Of a stretch of 60,459 bases of DNA, positions 1-10,915 are shown piece by piece. Below the pieces are notes generated by a model. It did no database searches. It was given only the letters and a program-made list of their open reading frames with translations, and was not told the origin of the DNA. Each line of letters starts with the position of its first letter. The stretch's first letter is position 1. The stretch is from Bacteroidia bacterium (GTDB lineage: Bacteria > Bacteroidota > Bacteroidia > SpSt-205): assembly GCA_025057135.1 (NCBI GenBank), contig JANWXY010000022.1, positions 1 through 60,459 on the forward strand. Direction: 5' to 3'. Made by a program: the position numbers and the translations under genes.

Positions 1-30
1 AAAAATCACCTACTGCCAGACCTATACCGC

Positions 31-1419
31 TCACAAATGAATAACCTCACCGTAAGCCGCCGCTGCCGCCTCCATAATCGCTTCTGAAAGCGTAGGATGC
101 GGATGAATAGTTTGGACTATGTCATGCCCCGTAGTCTCTAAACGACGAGCAACTACAAGTTCGGATATCATCTCTGTCGCATTCGGACCTAAAATATGGG
201 CTCCCAGCAACTCCCCATACTTAGCGTCAAAAATGAGCTTTACTAATCCCTCATTTTTACCCATCGCAGAAGCTTTGCCTGACGCTGTATAAGGGAACTT
301 CCCTACCTTTATGTCTATACCTCTTTCTCTGGCAGCTTTTTCTGTAAGCCCCACCGATGCAACCTCCGGCTGGCAGTAGGTACAGCTCGGAATCGTAGTA
401 TAGTCTAAGGGCTGCCTATCTATCCCCGCGATTCTCTCCACGCATATGATGCCCTCCATAGATGCTACGTGGGCCAGCGCAGGTGTGGGCAGGATATCTC
501 CGATGGCATACAATCCAGGGACATTTGTGCGATAATATTCATCTACTACTATCCGCCCTTTCTCCATACGAACCCCTAACTCCTCCAAACCAATGCCTTC
601 CGTATTCGGGACCACGCCCACTGCGAGGAGCGCTAAGTCTGCTTCTACTTGAAGCGTTTCTTTGGGAGTTTGGAGGGTAGCCTTTATGCCTTTCTTTGTT
701 TTTTGGAGGTCAGTTACTTGGGTACTGGTGAGTATAGAGAGACCTTTTTTGCGATATATCTTTTCCAACTCCCGGGCAATTTCCTCATCCTCTCGGGGAA
801 GGATATGGGGAAGAGCCTCCACGAGGGTTACCTTCGTGCCAAGCGTATGATAAAAGTAAGAAAACTCCACACCGATGGCCCCCGCTCCGATAACAAGCAT
901 ACTATTAGGCTGAGTAGGCAGGGTCATAGCCTCTCGGTAACCGATAACCATCTTTCCATCTATCTGTATATGAGGAAGGTTTGCAGGGCGTCCGCCTGTG
1001 GCAAGGATAATGTGAGGAGCCTCTATTACTTTCTTACCTCCATCACTCAGCGAAACTTCCACCTTCGGCCCTGGTAGAAGGCGAGCCGTCCCCTTGATGA
1101 CTTCTATCTTATTTTTTCGCATCAAAAACTCCACTCCTCGGCTCATCTTATCTGCCACGCTACGGCTACGGGCTATGATCTTGGGAAAATCTACTTTCGG
1201 CGTCCCGACTTGGAAGCCGTAGCTTTCCGCCGCGAGAAGGTATTCCAACACCTCCGCAGACTTCAGGAGGGCTTTGGTAGGTATGCATCCCCAGTTCAGG
1301 CATACACCACCCAAGTTTTCACGCTCCACAAGCTGTACCGCAAAGCCCAGCTGTGATGCCCGAATAGCAGCCACGTATCCCCCAGGTCCGCTACCGATAA
1401 CTATTAGTCGTTTATCCAT
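31..1419 (-). CDS. lpdA: Dihydrolipoyl dehydrogenase (E3)
   Basis: GSGPGGY FAD motif, GGVCLNWGCIP redox disulfide, GAGAIG NAD motif, C-terminal HPHPTLSE. Start moved to ATG 1419 (MDKRL), 5 nt after a TATCTTTG box. Confidence 0.95.
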   Translation of the reverse strand: MDKRLIVIGSGPGGYVAAIRASQLGFAVQLVERENLGGVCLNWGCIPTKALLKSAEVLEYLLAAESYGFQVGTPKVDFPKIIARSRSVADKMSRGVEFLMRKNKIEVIKGTARLLPGPKVEVSLSDGGKKVIEAPHIILATGGRPANLPHIQIDGKMVIGYREAMTLPTQPNSMLVIGAGAIGVEFSYFYHTLGTKVTLVEALPHILPREDEEIARELEKIYRKKGLSILTSTQVTDLQKTKKGIKATLQTPKETLQVEADLALLAVGVVPNTEGIGLEELGVRMEKGRIVVDEYYRTNVPGLYAIGDILPTPALAHVASMEGIICVERIAGIDRQPLDYTTIPSCTYCQPEVASVGLTEKAARERGIDIKVGKFPYTASGKASAMGKNEGLVKLIFDAKYGELLGAHILGPNATEMISELVVARRLETTGHDIVQTIHPHPTLSEAIMEAAAAAYGEVIHL

Positions 1420-1424
1420 GGGGA

Positions 1425-1492
1425 CAAAGATACCCACAACCCTAAACCGCGCAGATGAAGCACTTGCAAATAGACCTTTTGCTTTATATTTG
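1425..1492. promoter_or_regulatory. Divergent Bacteroidota sigma-A promoters (lpdA on -, TBDR operon on +)
   Basis: TATCTTTG on - strand (1432-1425). TATATTTG on + strand (1485-1492) with TTG at 1464-1466, resembling the -33/-7 consensus. Confidence 0.7.
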
Positions 1493-1513
1493 CTCTCTGC
1501 AAAGGGAAAGTTT

Positions 1514-4500
1514 ATGCTTCGCAAGCTCACTAACTGGCTGATAGCTCTGACAGGGCTTGGATTGGCTTTGGCTCAGCAGGACGCAGGAAAACTGCGCGGT
1601 GTCGTGCGCGATAAAGTCACGCGTGAGCCTCTGAGCTTTGCTACCGTCGTTATCCTCCAGAATGGCGTTGTAAAGGGCGGGACCAATACGAATGAAAACG
1701 GTGAGTATAGTATCGCCCCCGTATCTCCTGGTACATACGACGTACGGGCGAGCTATGCGGGTAAAACCTTTACAATCAGCGGTGTAATAGTAACTGCTAA
1801 CCGTACCATTGTCCTGGACATCAACATGGAATCCAGCGTGCAGACAGAAACTCAGGAGATAGTAGATTACAAAGTGCCCCTCTTTGAGAAAGACGAAACT
1901 GTAACTGGAAAGACAATCACGCTGGAACAGATTCAGAAGATGGGGACCCGAAATATCACCACTTTTTTAGCCACCTCAGCAGGGGTATATCAAGCCGATG
2001 ACGGAAGGGCATTATTTGTTCGAGGGGCGCGTTCCGATGCTACGCAATACTTTGTAGATGGCGTACGGGTAATCGGAGCTCTGGGAATGCCCCAGAAAGG
2101 CATATCTCAACTTTCCATCTATACCGGAGGAATCCCCGCAGAGTTTGGCGACGTGATGGGAGGGGTCGTCCAAATTACTACGGGTGCGCCCAGTGCCTCT
2201 CATACTTTCGGTGGAGAGATACAGTCCAGCCAGTTCACTGACCCTTACAAGTTCAATCTATTTGCGCTCAATGCCTCGGGACCAATCTTTTCCCGTAAAA
2301 CAGATGATGGGCTGAAGATACCTATACTGGGATACGCTGTAAGCGGAGAGTTTCAGCACGAGCGGGATTATGGCTCCCCTTATGGCGGAGTATACAGAGT
2401 CAAATCCGAAGTTTTGGAGGACTTGGAAAGGACACCTTTACAACCATTTGGTCAAGGATCTGCCTTCTTTGTCAATAGGGCCAACTTTCTACGTCCTGAC
2501 CAGCTGGAAAAAGTCCGTTATCGTCAAGGGGCCCCTCTGAGACAAATCCGAGCGAACTTACGGATGGACCTTCGCCTCGGTGAAAATGCATTCCTAAAGT
2601 TTGGATTCAGCGGGGAGCAATCTCGAGTCGTATCTTGGGACCTTTCTCGGGCTCTGCTCGCCTATAAAAACGCCCCAGTTAGTTACAATCGTACCCTCAG
2701 GTCATTTGTACGACTTCAGCAGACCTTTCCAGGAGATACAGGCAGCCTTCTGCGCAACTTTTTCTATACTATTCAGTTCGATTACACTCGGGTAGACGGT
2801 CGTAGTGTAGATGACAGATTCCAACTGAACTGGTTCAGATATGGACATATAGGACGCTTCCAGACCCGATATGCAGAGCTTATAGTACCGACTTTCCAAG
2901 ACAACCTTCCCGTATATCAGTCTGCCGGGTTTGTAGAAAATGAATATCTATTTGACCCTTCAAACAGTTCGCATCCAATCCTGGCTAACTACAACACCTT
3001 CATATACAACTACCTCGCACAGAGCCCTAGAATTTTGTTCAATCCCATCACTCTACGCCCAGAACCCAGCGGGAGAGTGAGAAACTTCATAGACCTCTTG
3101 CAGTTAGGAGGACATGTAAATGGTATTATAGGCGCTCAGGCTTTGATATACAATCTCTACTTAGGTCAGGGCTATCCAGCCGCTTTCGGAGCATCCTTCA
3201 GCAATGCAGACATGTTCCGTGTGACCGGACAAGCGGCGGTGGAGCTCGGACGGCACAATTTGAAAGTTGGGTTTGAGTTTGATCAGCGATATTCTAGGTT
3301 TTACGGAGTCAGCTCCGCTTATCTCTGGCAGCTCATGCGCCTATACGCCAATCGCCACATTCAAGAGCTGGACCGCTCTCAGCCGATCGTCTCAGGAGAT
3401 ACAATTCGCTATCGCCCACTTTATCAGGCGAGCCAGCAAACCTACTTTGACAGAAAAATGCGAGAGAAGTTAGGTCTACCAGTGGATGGGCTAGACTTCA
3501 TAGACCCAGATGCAATGGACCCTGACTTCTTCAATATAAGAATGTTTGATATCAATGACCTCTTCGCTGGAGGAAATCCCGCCGTTTTCTATCAAGGCTA
3601 CACGCCGTGGGGTGAACGGCTCAGACGAGTAGCCCCAGAAAAATTCTTCACAGATAGGGAAAATCGTCCGCAGAATGCTTTTTCACCCACATATGTAGCC
3701 TTCTACGCTCAGGATAAGTTTGAGTTTGATCGCATGTTCTTCAACCTCGGCGTGCGGGTCGACCGGTTTGATGCTAACCTGCCTGTGCTGAAAGATCCTT
3801 ATATCATTCGGCCATTCTACCGAGCCGAAGAAACTGCTCGTATATTGGGTATAACGCTACCACAAGGTGTGGGAGGGGACTGGGTGGCATATGTAGACAA
3901 TGCCCTCAACCCCACCCGAATTCTCGGTTTTCGCAGCGGCAATACATGGTATGACGCAAATGGCAGCCCCACAAGCGCCTTAGCAATCACCAGAGCCTCC
4001 GGTGGGCGAGCCCTTCCGCATCTGAAACAAGACAGCCTTACTTATGAAGCATTCGACGACTACCGCCCTCAGATAAATATCATGCCCCGAATCTCATTCT
4101 CTTTCCCTATATCTGATGAAGCAACCTTTTTTGCTCACTACGACGTGCTCACTCAGCGGCCCCGTGCTGGTCAAGTCGCTCAGTTCGTGGACTGGCTGTT
4201 TATCCTGCAAAATGCCACCGTTTCCCAAGCTAATCCTGCTCTCCGCCCTGAACGCACCATAGACTTTGAGGTGGGCTTCAAACAGCTTTTATCTCAGAAT
4301 ATAGCCCTTTCCGTTTCAGGGTATTACCGAGAGATGCGCGATCTGGTGCAGAGCTTCTTTTTCCTTGGTGCTTATCCTGTGAGTTATACCGCTTTTGAGA
4401 ACTTAGATTTTGCCACGGTCAAAGGAATAAACATAGATATAGATATTCGTCGCATAGGAGTCTTGGAACTGCGATTTGCTTATACTCTCCAATATGCCAG

Positions 4501-5146
4501 CGGTACTGGCTCCTCGCCGACTTCCAATAGGGGAATTATCGCCAGCTTAGAAGGCTTCAATGTGTTCCGCTCCCTGCTTCCACTTTCCTTTGACCAAAGG
4601 CATACATTCACGGGCGTGGCGGATATACGCTTCCTTGAACGAGGCGTACAAGGTCCCGGTATATCCATCGGCGAAAAAGTGATTTATCCCCTCAAAGGAG
4701 CAGGAATTAATATTACCTACAACTTAGGCTCTGGTCGCCCTTATACACGCTATCTCCTTCCTAATCCAGCTGATGTGCAATTCGGTGTAAATCCCGTGAG
4801 TCTCATTAGCGGTCAACCATTCGGAAATAATCTCCCGTGGTATAATCGCTTTGACATCCGGGTAGATAGAGATTTCATTATCAAGCGCGGGGAGGACAAG
4901 CAATCTACTCTAAACCTATATGTGATATTCCTGAATGCTTTCAACCAAAGAAACATCACAGGAGTGTACCCCTACACTGGCTTGCCTGATGATAGCGGGT
5001 ATATTCAATCTCCTGTGGGACAGCAGTTGGCAGCGAGTCAATACTCGCGTGAGAGCTTTGAGTTTCTCTATCGTATCAAGGAGCAGAATCCCGGATTATT
5101 AGGGCTTCCTCTGCGGATCAGACTGGGTATGTTATTCACTTTCTAA
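1514..5146 (+). CDS. TonB-dependent receptor with N-terminal carboxypeptidase-regulatory-like domain
   Basis: Signal peptide MLRKLTNWLIALTGLGLALA, GKLRGVVRD CarboxypepD_reg-like domain, plug motifs (VRGARS, YFVDGV, GGIPAEFG), barrel motif NPALRPERT, C-terminal Phe. Start moved to 1514. Confidence 0.9.
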   Translation: MLRKLTNWLIALTGLGLALAQQDAGKLRGVVRDKVTREPLSFATVVILQNGVVKGGTNTNENGEYSIAPVSPGTYDVRASYAGKTFTISGVIVTANRTIVLDINMESSVQTETQEIVDYKVPLFEKDETVTGKTITLEQIQKMGTRNITTFLATSAGVYQADDGRALFVRGARSDATQYFVDGVRVIGALGMPQKGISQLSIYTGGIPAEFGDVMGGVVQITTGAPSASHTFGGEIQSSQFTDPYKFNLFALNASGPIFSRKTDDGLKIPILGYAVSGEFQHERDYGSPYGGVYRVKSEVLEDLERTPLQPFGQGSAFFVNRANFLRPDQLEKVRYRQGAPLRQIRANLRMDLRLGENAFLKFGFSGEQSRVVSWDLSRALLAYKNAPVSYNRTLRSFVRLQQTFPGDTGSLLRNFFYTIQFDYTRVDGRSVDDRFQLNWFRYGHIGRFQTRYAELIVPTFQDNLPVYQSAGFVENEYLFDPSNSSHPILANYNTFIYNYLAQSPRILFNPITLRPEPSGRVRNFIDLLQLGGHVNGIIGAQALIYNLYLGQGYPAAFGASFSNADMFRVTGQAAVELGRHNLKVGFEFDQRYSRFYGVSSAYLWQLMRLYANRHIQELDRSQPIVSGDTIRYRPLYQASQQTYFDRKMREKLGLPVDGLDFIDPDAMDPDFFNIRMFDINDLFAGGNPAVFYQGYTPWGERLRRVAPEKFFTDRENRPQNAFSPTYVAFYAQDKFEFDRMFFNLGVRVDRFDANLPVLKDPYIIRPFYRAEETARILGITLPQGVGGDWVAYVDNALNPTRILGFRSGNTWYDANGSPTSALAITRASGGRALPHLKQDSLTYEAFDDYRPQINIMPRISFSFPISDEATFFAHYDVLTQRPRAGQVAQFVDWLFILQNATVSQANPALRPERTIDFEVGFKQLLSQNIALSVSGYYREMRDLVQSFFFLGAYPVSYTAFENLDFATVKGINIDIDIRRIGVLELRFAYTLQYASGTGSSPTSNRGIIASLEGFNVFRSLLPLSFDQRHTFTGVADIRFLERGVQGPGISIGEKVIYPLKGAGINITYNLGSGRPYTRYLLPNPADVQFGVNPVSLISGQPFGNNLPWYNRFDIRVDRDFIIKRGEDKQSTLNLYVIFLNAFNQRNITGVYPYTGLPDDSGYIQSPVGQQLAASQYSRESFEFLYRIKEQNPGLLGLPLRIRLGMLFTF

Positions 5147-5148
5147 AA

Positions 5149-8100
5149 ATGCATACTATCATGACTATGAGGCACATAGGGCGTATCTGGCTGCTGGTGA
5201 TGTTAGTGAAATGGGCATGGGGACGTGAAATCATGACCTCAGTAGAACGGCGAATCGCTCCCCGGACAGTAAGCACCTGTACAGCCCCCACTTCCAGCGT
5301 TCAACTAGACATCAATAATGTCAGATGCCTCATTCACAACGGAGGCGACATGTGGTGGGACCTCGTAAGCAGTCCTCGCTATGAAATCCCAAAAGTGCCA
5401 CCGGGAGTCCCCGCTATACATTCTATGTTCGCTAGTGCCGTGTGGGTAGGAGGCTTAGATGCTGCGGGGAGGTTGCGCCTCGCTGCTCAGACCTATCGCC
5501 AAAGCGGGATAGACTTCTTTGCAGGACCTCTGTCCCTGCAGGGTACTACTGATGCTAATACTTGCCAGCAGTGGGATAAGCACTTTGTCATTACCCGACA
5601 GGAAATAGATGCCTTCCGAGCCGCTTTCCAAACAAATCCTAACAATCTCAACCTCGGCGATTATCCGAATGTGGCTAACTGGCCTGCCATCAACCCTGCC
5701 CCGGGCTTTGAACGGACGCTTGCCCCATTTGTGGATCAAAATAATGATGGTGATTACACCCCAGCCGCAGGTGACTATCCAGATGTTTTAGGGGATATGG
5801 CTATTTGGTGGGTTTATAATGACCGAGGCAATGTTCATACCGAAACGGGCGCACCAGCTATTGGACTCGAAGTGCAAGCTCTAGCGTTTGCCTTTTCCAC
5901 CACCGATCAAATCAATGACATGACTTTCTACAAGTACCGCATCATCAATCGCGGTACTCTATCCCTGCGGCAGACTTACATGGCGATTTGGGTAGATGCG
6001 GATTTAGGGTTTTATGCAGATGACTATGTAGGGTGTGATACCTCTCGGGGTTTAGGCTACTGCTATAATGGAGACCCGGTTGACGACCCATCGGGACCGG
6101 GATATGGAGCAAATCCCCCAGCTATCGGAACGGACTTCTTCCAAGGTCCAATATATGACCCTGACCCGGTAAATCCCAAACGCCTCAAAATGACCAACTT
6201 CATGTATTATGAGAATGACTTCAGCGTCCGTGGTAATCCAACAAATGCTATTCACTTTTACAACTATATGCGTTCTATTTGGAAAGATGGATCCCCCCTG
6301 GTAAATAACAATCAAAATGGCTACGGAACAGGTACGCCCACCAACTTCATATACACAGGACATCCCGGTGGGGTACCAGCGGCCACCAGGTGCCCTTTCC
6401 CGACTCCTACTGGCACATGGAACGAAGCTACCGCAGGAAATAGCCCTTTTGATAGGCGCTACCTCCAATCAGCTGGTCCATTTACTCTTGATCCAGGCGC
6501 AGTAAATGACATCATCATTGGCGTTCCATGGGCTCGCGACATCACAGGCAGGTATGGCCCAGGCGGGGATGGAAGAATAGGTTCTGTCTGTTTATTGTAT
6601 CAAGCCGATGATATTGCTCAGGCATTATTTGACAATAACTTCAAGCTTGTCGATGGACCAGACGCCCCAGACTTGGAAATAGTAGAGTTAGATCAAGAGC
6701 TCATCCTTAACTGGCGCTACAAAAATCCTCTGTCCAACAACTACTATGAAAACTACCGCCAGACCGATCCAGTTCTGCGTTCTCTCGGTGTGTCTGACAC
6801 CACATACCGTTTTGAGGGATATTTAGTCTATCAGCTCAGAGATGCCCGGGTATCGGAAACCGACCTTCAAGACCCGACCAGAGCTGCTCTCATCGCCCAG
6901 TGTGATATCAAAAATGGTATAACTACCATCATAAACCGAGAAGAAACGCTCCTACCAGGGCAATCCACTCCGCTAATTGTCGACAAAGTGATGGTAAATG
7001 GTGAAGATAAAGGACTTTTTCATTCCATACGAGTGACAGAAGATAAGTTTGCTGAAGGAACAGACCCGCGTCTCAAAAACTATCAACGGTATTACTTCAT
7101 GATCGTGGCTTATGCTTATAATGGAGAGCCCACTAATAAACGTAAGTTTCTATTAGGACGGAATAACGTACGCCGTTATGAAGCTATACCGCATAAGCCT
7201 GCCTCTCGGGATGGAGGTAGCATACTCGCCAGCCAATATGGAGACGGTATCCCAATTCAACGAGTGTCAGGACTCGGAAATGGTGGAAATCTGCTCAGAT
7301 TATCTCCTGAAACGGAACAGCAACTACTCACTCCTCCTTATCAAGCTGAAAATCCTACCTATTTAGCGGGATTCGGTCCTTTTCGTGTCCGAGTAGTGGA
7401 CCCTCGCCAAGTCAAATCTTACGACTATCGTCTTGTCATCAACTTAGATACCACTATCCGTGAGACCCTAAATGTCGCTGGTAGTGAGCCAACAATCATT
7501 GTAAAGGAGTGGGAACTATACGGGAAGCCCAGCGGTTCTAACGCTGCCGAGCAGCTGATTTATACCTCGTGGAGTGCAATATCCAAGCGACTCTGGGACT
7601 ATAAACTCAACACATGGAATTTCGTTCTCAATCAGCACCTAAACGGTTCAGAGAAAATCATCCCCGGTCATGGCATATCTATATCGGTCAAGCAGGTGAT
7701 TGATCCCGGGATAGAGGATAGGTTCTTCAGCGGTGCGCAGTACCCCTGGTTATGCGGGAGCAGTGCAGATACCATGTTTTACTTTTTACAGGATGAGCGA
7801 AATGGTCTAATAAATGTACAGATAGAGTACTCAGACCCTACTAAGCCATGGCTTTCTTACTTCTCCCCCGAAGACTTTGGCTGGGGTAAAGGTCCAGGGC
7901 TCTCCCCCGGGCAAACTCCAACTTTTGGCGCTTCAAGTGCCTCTGATGCTGTTCAGAGATATTCCAGAGGCTGCCAGCTTACACAGTATCCTGTATCCCT
8001 CCCAGCAGGTGCTACACCTCTTATTCCATTCCGACCTTCGGCCATTCGGCTTCAACCATGGATTTACTACTACGATGGCAATATCAAAGCATTTTATACC

Positions 8101-9345
8101 GACTCCTCAAACAAAGGATGGCTTCCCTTTGGGTTAGTGACTCCTTTCTCTGATAAAGATGCTTCTCAACTCGGATTCGGACTGAACTATTGTCCAGCGA
8201 ACCCGGGGCAGCCTTGCAGTTCCCCTGCACTTTCTAACATCGCTACTCCGCCATGGGAAGGGGTTACTTTGTCTAAGCTTCCGAGCGTCCAAGTGGTGAT
8301 AACACCGGACCGCTCCAAGTGGTCTAAATGTCTGGTGTTAGAAGCCTCCCCCTCTCTCGGTCTAAGTCGTATCGTGGGAGCCGGTAGTCCTCGGGTCGCT
8401 AAATGGCGCCTCAGCCGAGATGTTATTAAGGGCGATACAACTGCTTTCCGAGATGAGCCTTTGTCTGTGTCTTCTCAAGGATTTAGCTGGTTCCCGGGAT
8501 ATGCTATCAACTTAGAAACTGGACAACGAGTGAATATCCTATTTGCCGAAGCGTCATGGTTCCGTGGCGATAATGGAGACGACATGCTCTTCAATCCAAC
8601 CTCCTCTCTCGGCTCCTCCGGAGATGCCTATGGGGGGCGTCACTGGATATTAGTGACCACCTATCCTTATGACGAATGTGCCAAGTTCGCTGAATGGCTC
8701 TGTGTCGCAGATCAACAGCCCACAGGCATAAATACTGTCAACCGTACCTACTTCTTAACCTTCAATAAGCCTGGGGGGAGTAACGTAGTACGCATAGACT
8801 CCTTTTACAAGTACGTAGCGTGGGTATCTCTGCCCCGAGTGGCCGGAAGGCAGTATGAGTTCCGTCACTACAAGGACATTCCGAGCGAGGTGAAGATCAC
8901 CCTTGCGGTGAATAAATCTTACAGACCCGGTCCGAACAATCAGCCCCCTACGTTTAGATTCTCCACTAACGAAATGGCCGCCAGAACTGGAGACCTTGCC
9001 ACCGCTAAAAGCGCGCTGGATATCATACGGATCGTGCCTAATCCATTCTACGGGAAGTCCGGAGTAGGTCGTGGCCGATATGAGATTAGTCAAATAGATA
9101 CCCGGGCCAAAATCACCAACCTCCCTCCACGCTGCACAATACGAATCTTCACATTGAATGGCGTACTCGTTCGCACCTTCCGAAAAGACTCTGAGGAAAC
9201 ATTCATAGAATGGGACCTCAAAAATGAGTTCGGCGTGCCAATTGCCAGCGGGGTTTACATCATACATGTGGATGTTCCCGGTGTCGGACAAAAAGTCATC
9301 AAGTTTTTCGCAATCATGCCACAAGTAGACCTCAATAACTTCTGA
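5149..9345 (+). CDS. Large secreted protein with C-terminal T9SS/FlgD-Ig-like sorting domain, function unknown
   Basis: Signal peptide. C-terminus IRIVPNPF...IRIFTLNGVLVR...WDLKN...IASGVYIIHV...KVIKF is typical of T9SS cargo. Start could be 5149, 5161 or 5167. Confidence 0.8.
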   Translation: MHTIMTMRHIGRIWLLVMLVKWAWGREIMTSVERRIAPRTVSTCTAPTSSVQLDINNVRCLIHNGGDMWWDLVSSPRYEIPKVPPGVPAIHSMFASAVWVGGLDAAGRLRLAAQTYRQSGIDFFAGPLSLQGTTDANTCQQWDKHFVITRQEIDAFRAAFQTNPNNLNLGDYPNVANWPAINPAPGFERTLAPFVDQNNDGDYTPAAGDYPDVLGDMAIWWVYNDRGNVHTETGAPAIGLEVQALAFAFSTTDQINDMTFYKYRIINRGTLSLRQTYMAIWVDADLGFYADDYVGCDTSRGLGYCYNGDPVDDPSGPGYGANPPAIGTDFFQGPIYDPDPVNPKRLKMTNFMYYENDFSVRGNPTNAIHFYNYMRSIWKDGSPLVNNNQNGYGTGTPTNFIYTGHPGGVPAATRCPFPTPTGTWNEATAGNSPFDRRYLQSAGPFTLDPGAVNDIIIGVPWARDITGRYGPGGDGRIGSVCLLYQADDIAQALFDNNFKLVDGPDAPDLEIVELDQELILNWRYKNPLSNNYYENYRQTDPVLRSLGVSDTTYRFEGYLVYQLRDARVSETDLQDPTRAALIAQCDIKNGITTIINREETLLPGQSTPLIVDKVMVNGEDKGLFHSIRVTEDKFAEGTDPRLKNYQRYYFMIVAYAYNGEPTNKRKFLLGRNNVRRYEAIPHKPASRDGGSILASQYGDGIPIQRVSGLGNGGNLLRLSPETEQQLLTPPYQAENPTYLAGFGPFRVRVVDPRQVKSYDYRLVINLDTTIRETLNVAGSEPTIIVKEWELYGKPSGSNAAEQLIYTSWSAISKRLWDYKLNTWNFVLNQHLNGSEKIIPGHGISISVKQVIDPGIEDRFFSGAQYPWLCGSSADTMFYFLQDERNGLINVQIEYSDPTKPWLSYFSPEDFGWGKGPGLSPGQTPTFGASSASDAVQRYSRGCQLTQYPVSLPAGATPLIPFRPSAIRLQPWIYYYDGNIKAFYTDSSNKGWLPFGLVTPFSDKDASQLGFGLNYCPANPGQPCSSPALSNIATPPWEGVTLSKLPSVQVVITPDRSKWSKCLVLEASPSLGLSRIVGAGSPRVAKWRLSRDVIKGDTTAFRDEPLSVSSQGFSWFPGYAINLETGQRVNILFAEASWFRGDNGDDMLFNPTSSLGSSGDAYGGRHWILVTTYPYDECAKFAEWLCVADQQPTGINTVNRTYFLTFNKPGGSNVVRIDSFYKYVAWVSLPRVAGRQYEFRHYKDIPSEVKITLAVNKSYRPGPNNQPPTFRFSTNEMAARTGDLATAKSALDIIRIVPNPFYGKSGVGRGRYEISQIDTRAKITNLPPRCTIRIFTLNGVLVRTFRKDSEETFIEWDLKNEFGVPIASGVYIIHVDVPGVGQKVIKFFAIMPQVDLNNF

Positions 9346-9347
9346 TT

Positions 9348-10448
9348 ATGCGCAGGTATCTCGTTTTACTCACTTTACTCGGAGCTGCTCTGGGAGGCAA
9401 TCCCGAACGAGCCGGTTCAGCTGGCGCTACTCAGCTACTCATCAATCCATATGCCCGAAGCTCGGGAATGGGTGGTATCAATATCGCTAATACTTACGGC
9501 ATAGAAAGCGTTATCATCAATCCCGCAGGCATCGCTCTCACTCGCCGAACAGAGTTCATATTCAGCCATACGCGATGGCTGGTAGGTAGCGATATAAATA
9601 TCAATGCATTTGGTTTTGCTCAGGGCTTCAAAAATGGCGGAACGCTTGGACTGGCTGTAATGGCATTTGATCTTGGACAGTTTGAGCGGACTACGATTGA
9701 CAATCCCGACGGTGGTATTGGCTACTTCTCCCCCACCATGCTGAATATCTCTATATCGTATGCCAAAGTATTTGCTGATGATAGGATATTCGTTGGAGCT
9801 ACGACCAAACTTATCCACGAGTCCATCCCCGATGCGGCAGCCAATGGAGTAGCCTTTGATGCAGGTGTCCAATACCGCGATAAGCAAGGCAATCTCAAGT
9901 TAGGAGTAGCACTTCGGAATATTGGTCCTCAGATGCGCTACAGAGGAGAGGGTCTCACCGCTCGAGCCAACCTCGGCGGCGCAGGCAGTGCATTCACGAG
10001 TCTGGTCAGCACGCCGCCCGCTTCATTCGAGATACCTTCGGTGCTTTTGATTGGCGCTGCATACCGTATCGGAATCGGTGGTGAAGCTGAGTTGAAAGCC
10101 CGAGAGTCTGCCGCCGGAGGCACTGGTGGGGATAGAGACTACCTCTTTTCAATCATCCCCATGCTCGGCTTCTACGCAAACTCATTCCAAAATAACCAGC
10201 TCGGTGGAGGCATAGAGCTCCGCTACAAAAATTACTTCATGATACGCGGGGCATATATGTGGGAGCCTGATATTACCAGTAAGGAAACCACACAGAACGC
10301 CTTCATGGGGATTAACTTTGGAGCTACGGTAGAGCTGCCTTTCCGCACAGGGGAGAACCGATATTCCACATTCGGGATTGACTATAGCTACCGTCCGACT
10401 TACTTCTTCAATGGCACACATAGCATTGGCGCCCGTCTATATTTATGA
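9348..10448 (+). CDS. PorV/PorQ-family outer-membrane beta-barrel
   Basis: Signal peptide, LLINPYARSSGMG and INPAGIA motifs, GVAFDAGVQY, LGVALRNIGP; directly follows a T9SS cargo gene. Confidence 0.85.
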   Translation: MRRYLVLLTLLGAALGGNPERAGSAGATQLLINPYARSSGMGGINIANTYGIESVIINPAGIALTRRTEFIFSHTRWLVGSDININAFGFAQGFKNGGTLGLAVMAFDLGQFERTTIDNPDGGIGYFSPTMLNISISYAKVFADDRIFVGATTKLIHESIPDAAANGVAFDAGVQYRDKQGNLKLGVALRNIGPQMRYRGEGLTARANLGGAGSAFTSLVSTPPASFEIPSVLLIGAAYRIGIGGEAELKARESAAGGTGGDRDYLFSIIPMLGFYANSFQNNQLGGGIELRYKNYFMIRGAYMWEPDITSKETTQNAFMGINFGATVELPFRTGENRYSTFGIDYSYRPTYFFNGTHSIGARLYL

Positions 10449-10915
10449 GTAGAGTACTGACAAAAGAGGCTTTTGAACGCTTAAAGGAGGAATTGCACGA
10501 GCTAAAAACAACCAAGCGCGCCCAAGTCGCAGCCGCCATAGCCGAGGCCCGAGAAAAAGGAGACCTAAGTGAAAATGCCGAATATGCCGCTGCAAAAGAA
10601 GAACAGAGGCTTTTAGAGGCGAGAATCGCTGAATTAGAGGCTATGCTGGCACAGAGTCAAATCGTAGACCTCTCTCATACCGACCACTCCAAAATCAGCC
10701 TTTTAGCCACAGTCCGCATCCTCAATCTTTCTACCAATCAGGAGGCTATCTACACGCTGGTATCAGCCGTGGATGCAAATGTACGCTCCGGTAAGATATC
10801 GGTGGAATCTCCTATCGGGAAAGCCCTCCTGGGCCGAAGCGTGGGAGAAGAGGTCATCGTTCAAGTACCAGCCGGTCAAATGCGCCTCAAAATCCTTGAA
10901 ATACGCTACGAATAA
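10445..10915 (+). CDS. greA: Transcription elongation factor GreA
   Basis: AREKGDLSENAEY and ISVESPIGKALLG motifs. Confidence 0.95.
   Translation: MSRVLTKEAFERLKEELHELKTTKRAQVAAAIAEAREKGDLSENAEYAAAKEEQRLLEARIAELEAMLAQSQIVDLSHTDHSKISLLATVRILNLSTNQEAIYTLVSAVDANVRSGKISVESPIGKALLGRSVGEEVIVQVPAGQMRLKILEIRYE

Noticed and set aside
1274-1530. Apparent head-to-head overlap of the lpdA and TBDR ORFs
   Set aside because: Artefact of longest-ORF starts. The real starts are 1419 (-) and 1514 (+), with promoter boxes between them.
8755-9324. 189-aa antisense ORF
   Set aside because: Lies opposite the T9SS cargo C-terminus; no motifs or promoter.
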